Origin: Vicugna vicugna | Taxonomy: Eukaryota | NCBI GenBank assembly: GCA_013265495.1 | Contig: MU058065.1 | Coordinates: 5,826,302-5,890,301, forward strand | Direction: 5' to 3' | DNA: 64,000 bases | Part shown: positions 61,588 through 64,000 of the stretch, one piece after another | Layout: every line of letters begins with the position of its first letter | Position numbering within the stretch: position 1 is the first letter of the stretch | Notes under the pieces: model-generated | Database searches by the model: none | What the model saw: only the letters and a program-made list of their open reading frames with translations | Told to the model about the DNA's origin: nothing | Position numbers and translations under genes: made by a program

Positions 61588-62520
61588 CTGGCCGAGACAG
61601 ACAGAAGGATAGACAGTTGGTGGGGATAAAACCGGCAGTAGAGACGTCTGGCTGAGGGCTGCCCAGGGAGTGGGCTCAGGACAGAGAAAGGAGGCCAGGG
61701 TAGAGGCAGGAGGTCCCACCCACACAGGGAGGGGACAGGAAGTGGCCCAGTCTCTGCCCTGGAGCCACACCCTGGAAGTCTATGTCCCCACCAGACTGTG
61801 ACCTCTCTGGGATTAAGAATCATGTCCATTTTAACCACCTCTGTGTTCCTGGGCCCCAGCCTTAGCCTGGCCCATGTAAGTGCTCACTTAATATTTGTGA
61901 CCTGGGTGGCAGAACAGTGACTCTGCTCACTCAGACTGTCAGAAGCAGGACCCATGACTATTTGCTGCCCTGCTGCCTTATGTACTGGGAGCATGGTGGA
62001 GTCCACCATCTTGTTCTCTAAGCTTTCTGAGGGCCACAGCTCCTCCACCCGCTCTCCGCTTCCCTCTAGCTTGTCCATTCTCCCAGTAAAGCTTCAGCCA
62101 GGTGGAGGGACCAAGATCTGCTCTCTGCCCCCACTCCCAGGACCTCATCACAGGTAAGCTGAGAGCTACTGCTTGCCCCAGATTTTCTTGTCTCCTATCT
62201 ACCTCCTCCTCCTTCTAACTGTACTGGGGCCTACTTTCTCTATCTACCTGCTTGACCCTTATCAACATCACCCCAGCATCTTAAGATGCTTTTTAAAGTT
62301 TGTTCTCCCATTTCCACCCCATGATGTCCCCAAGAAAATTCCTCCTTTGCAGACTGGGAGCACAAGGGAGAGCCCTGGCGTCCCTCTCCCCTTCTTGGGG
62401 GATACATGTAGACGACCCTCTCCCAGGGTACCGCAGGGTGCTGACAGAGGAACCCAGCCCCAGGCCTAGCCTCCCGCGCCCAGCCCAAGGAGAGGGGGTT
62501 CTGGGAGCGCTGGGTCCTCA

Positions 62521-63192
<672 letters not shown>

Positions 63193-63207
63193 CTAGGCCG
63201 TCGGCAC

Positions 63208-63257
63208 TATTTGTATCCGCCTGACATCAGCCCCCGCCGCCCCTCCCCTGACAGCTG
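63208..63257 (-). promoter_or_regulatory. DES core promoter: TATA-like TACAAATA (63208-63215) and E-box CAGCTG (63252-63257)
   Basis: TATA-like element ~25-30 nt upstream of the inferred TSS (~63185); palindromic E-box ~70 nt upstream of the TSS. Confidence 0.75.
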
Positions 63258-64000
63258 CAGGATCCCGCTGCCTTGCCAAGAAAGGGCGGCCTCTGGCGTG
63301 GGGGCGGGGAGGCCAGCTCCCCCGCGAGAGGACTGTGCCCCTCAGCCGGCGAGTGGGAGGCCCCTGAGGGGTGCGGGAGAGGCTGGTGAACCCAGGAGGG
63401 CAGAAGATGGGCAGGCCTGCCAACTGCTTCACCGGGGCGGGCGCAAGCATTTCTGGAGCCCCCAGGCAGGCCCCTTTCAGCCTCCTCCTGGGGGTGGTCA
63501 GGGGGAGAGCTGGGGAGAGGCTTCCAGTTAGTTTGAGGCTCCAGGGAGAGATTTTGGGTCATTGCCTGAACAGACAAGACCTGTTTCCAAGAAAGCTCCA
63601 AATCACCTTCTTTCTTAAGATTCTCTGAAAGTGGCAGAGGTTTAGGAGGGAGTCCACTAGCCAGGCCTAGAGGAGTTGACAAGCAAGGAGGACAGGAGGG
63701 CCTCCTGGGGGCAAGCAGGAATCCGAGCCAGGGCCCGCCTACTTAAGGATGCCCACCAGCACCTAGGGTCCGGCTCCCAGCCTCAGTTTCCCTCTGGACT
63801 AGTGAAGGCCCTTTTCCTCCCCTCTACCGGTGAGGGCGGGCCCTTAAGTTGATAAACAACCAGAAAGGGTCTGGTAGGCTTTCAGTTCCCAATTATAACC
63901 ATCATAACATAGCTGTACACTCTCACCCCCACCCCACCAACTTTGCCTGGCTTCTGCCCCCTTGAGCCTACCCCTACCCCTTCTCTGATTCATCCCCCTC

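Noticed and set aside
63800-64000. Distal desmin muscle enhancer (MEF2 plus E-boxes)
   Set aside because: No perfect MEF2 site or clear E-box pair is visible; the core probably lies just beyond the window edge.

Overview
Mammalian genomic DNA, GC-rich, and very probably camelid: two tRNA-derived SINEs match my recollection of the camelid Vic-1-type SINE. The region is orthologous to the human 2q35 DES-SPEG locus, and both genes lie on the minus strand. DES (desmin) is complete: 9 exons, 1413 nt CDS, 470 aa, ATG at 63099, stop at 56987-56989, AATAAA at 56231-56236. About 5 kb downstream is SPEG (striated muscle enriched protein kinase), ATG at 51187. I traced exons 1-35 by hand with GT-AG boundaries and consistent phases (the exon 3 donor lies in a gap and is inferred); exon 36 runs off the left edge, so kinase domain 2 is outside the window. 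The internal APEG-1/SPEG-alpha promoter (~27.1-27.3 kb) and the short-isoform terminal exon (23142 to ~22320) are visible, and they give the expected 113-aa APEG-1 ORF. The rest is intronic or intergenic DNA with MIR, L2, L1 and MER fragments, microsatellites and six N-runs. I found no new gene or multi-gene system. The best novel-looking signals are two local structural events at SPEG splice sites. (1) A SINE insertion whose target-site duplication copies the exon 28 splice donor exactly at the end of kinase 1. (2) A 231-bp tandem duplication of the exon 36 acceptor that keeps the reading frame open, which is either a real variant or an assembly artefact. Exon numbers follow human SPEG/DES by analogy, and human/mouse comparisons are from memory, not from a search.
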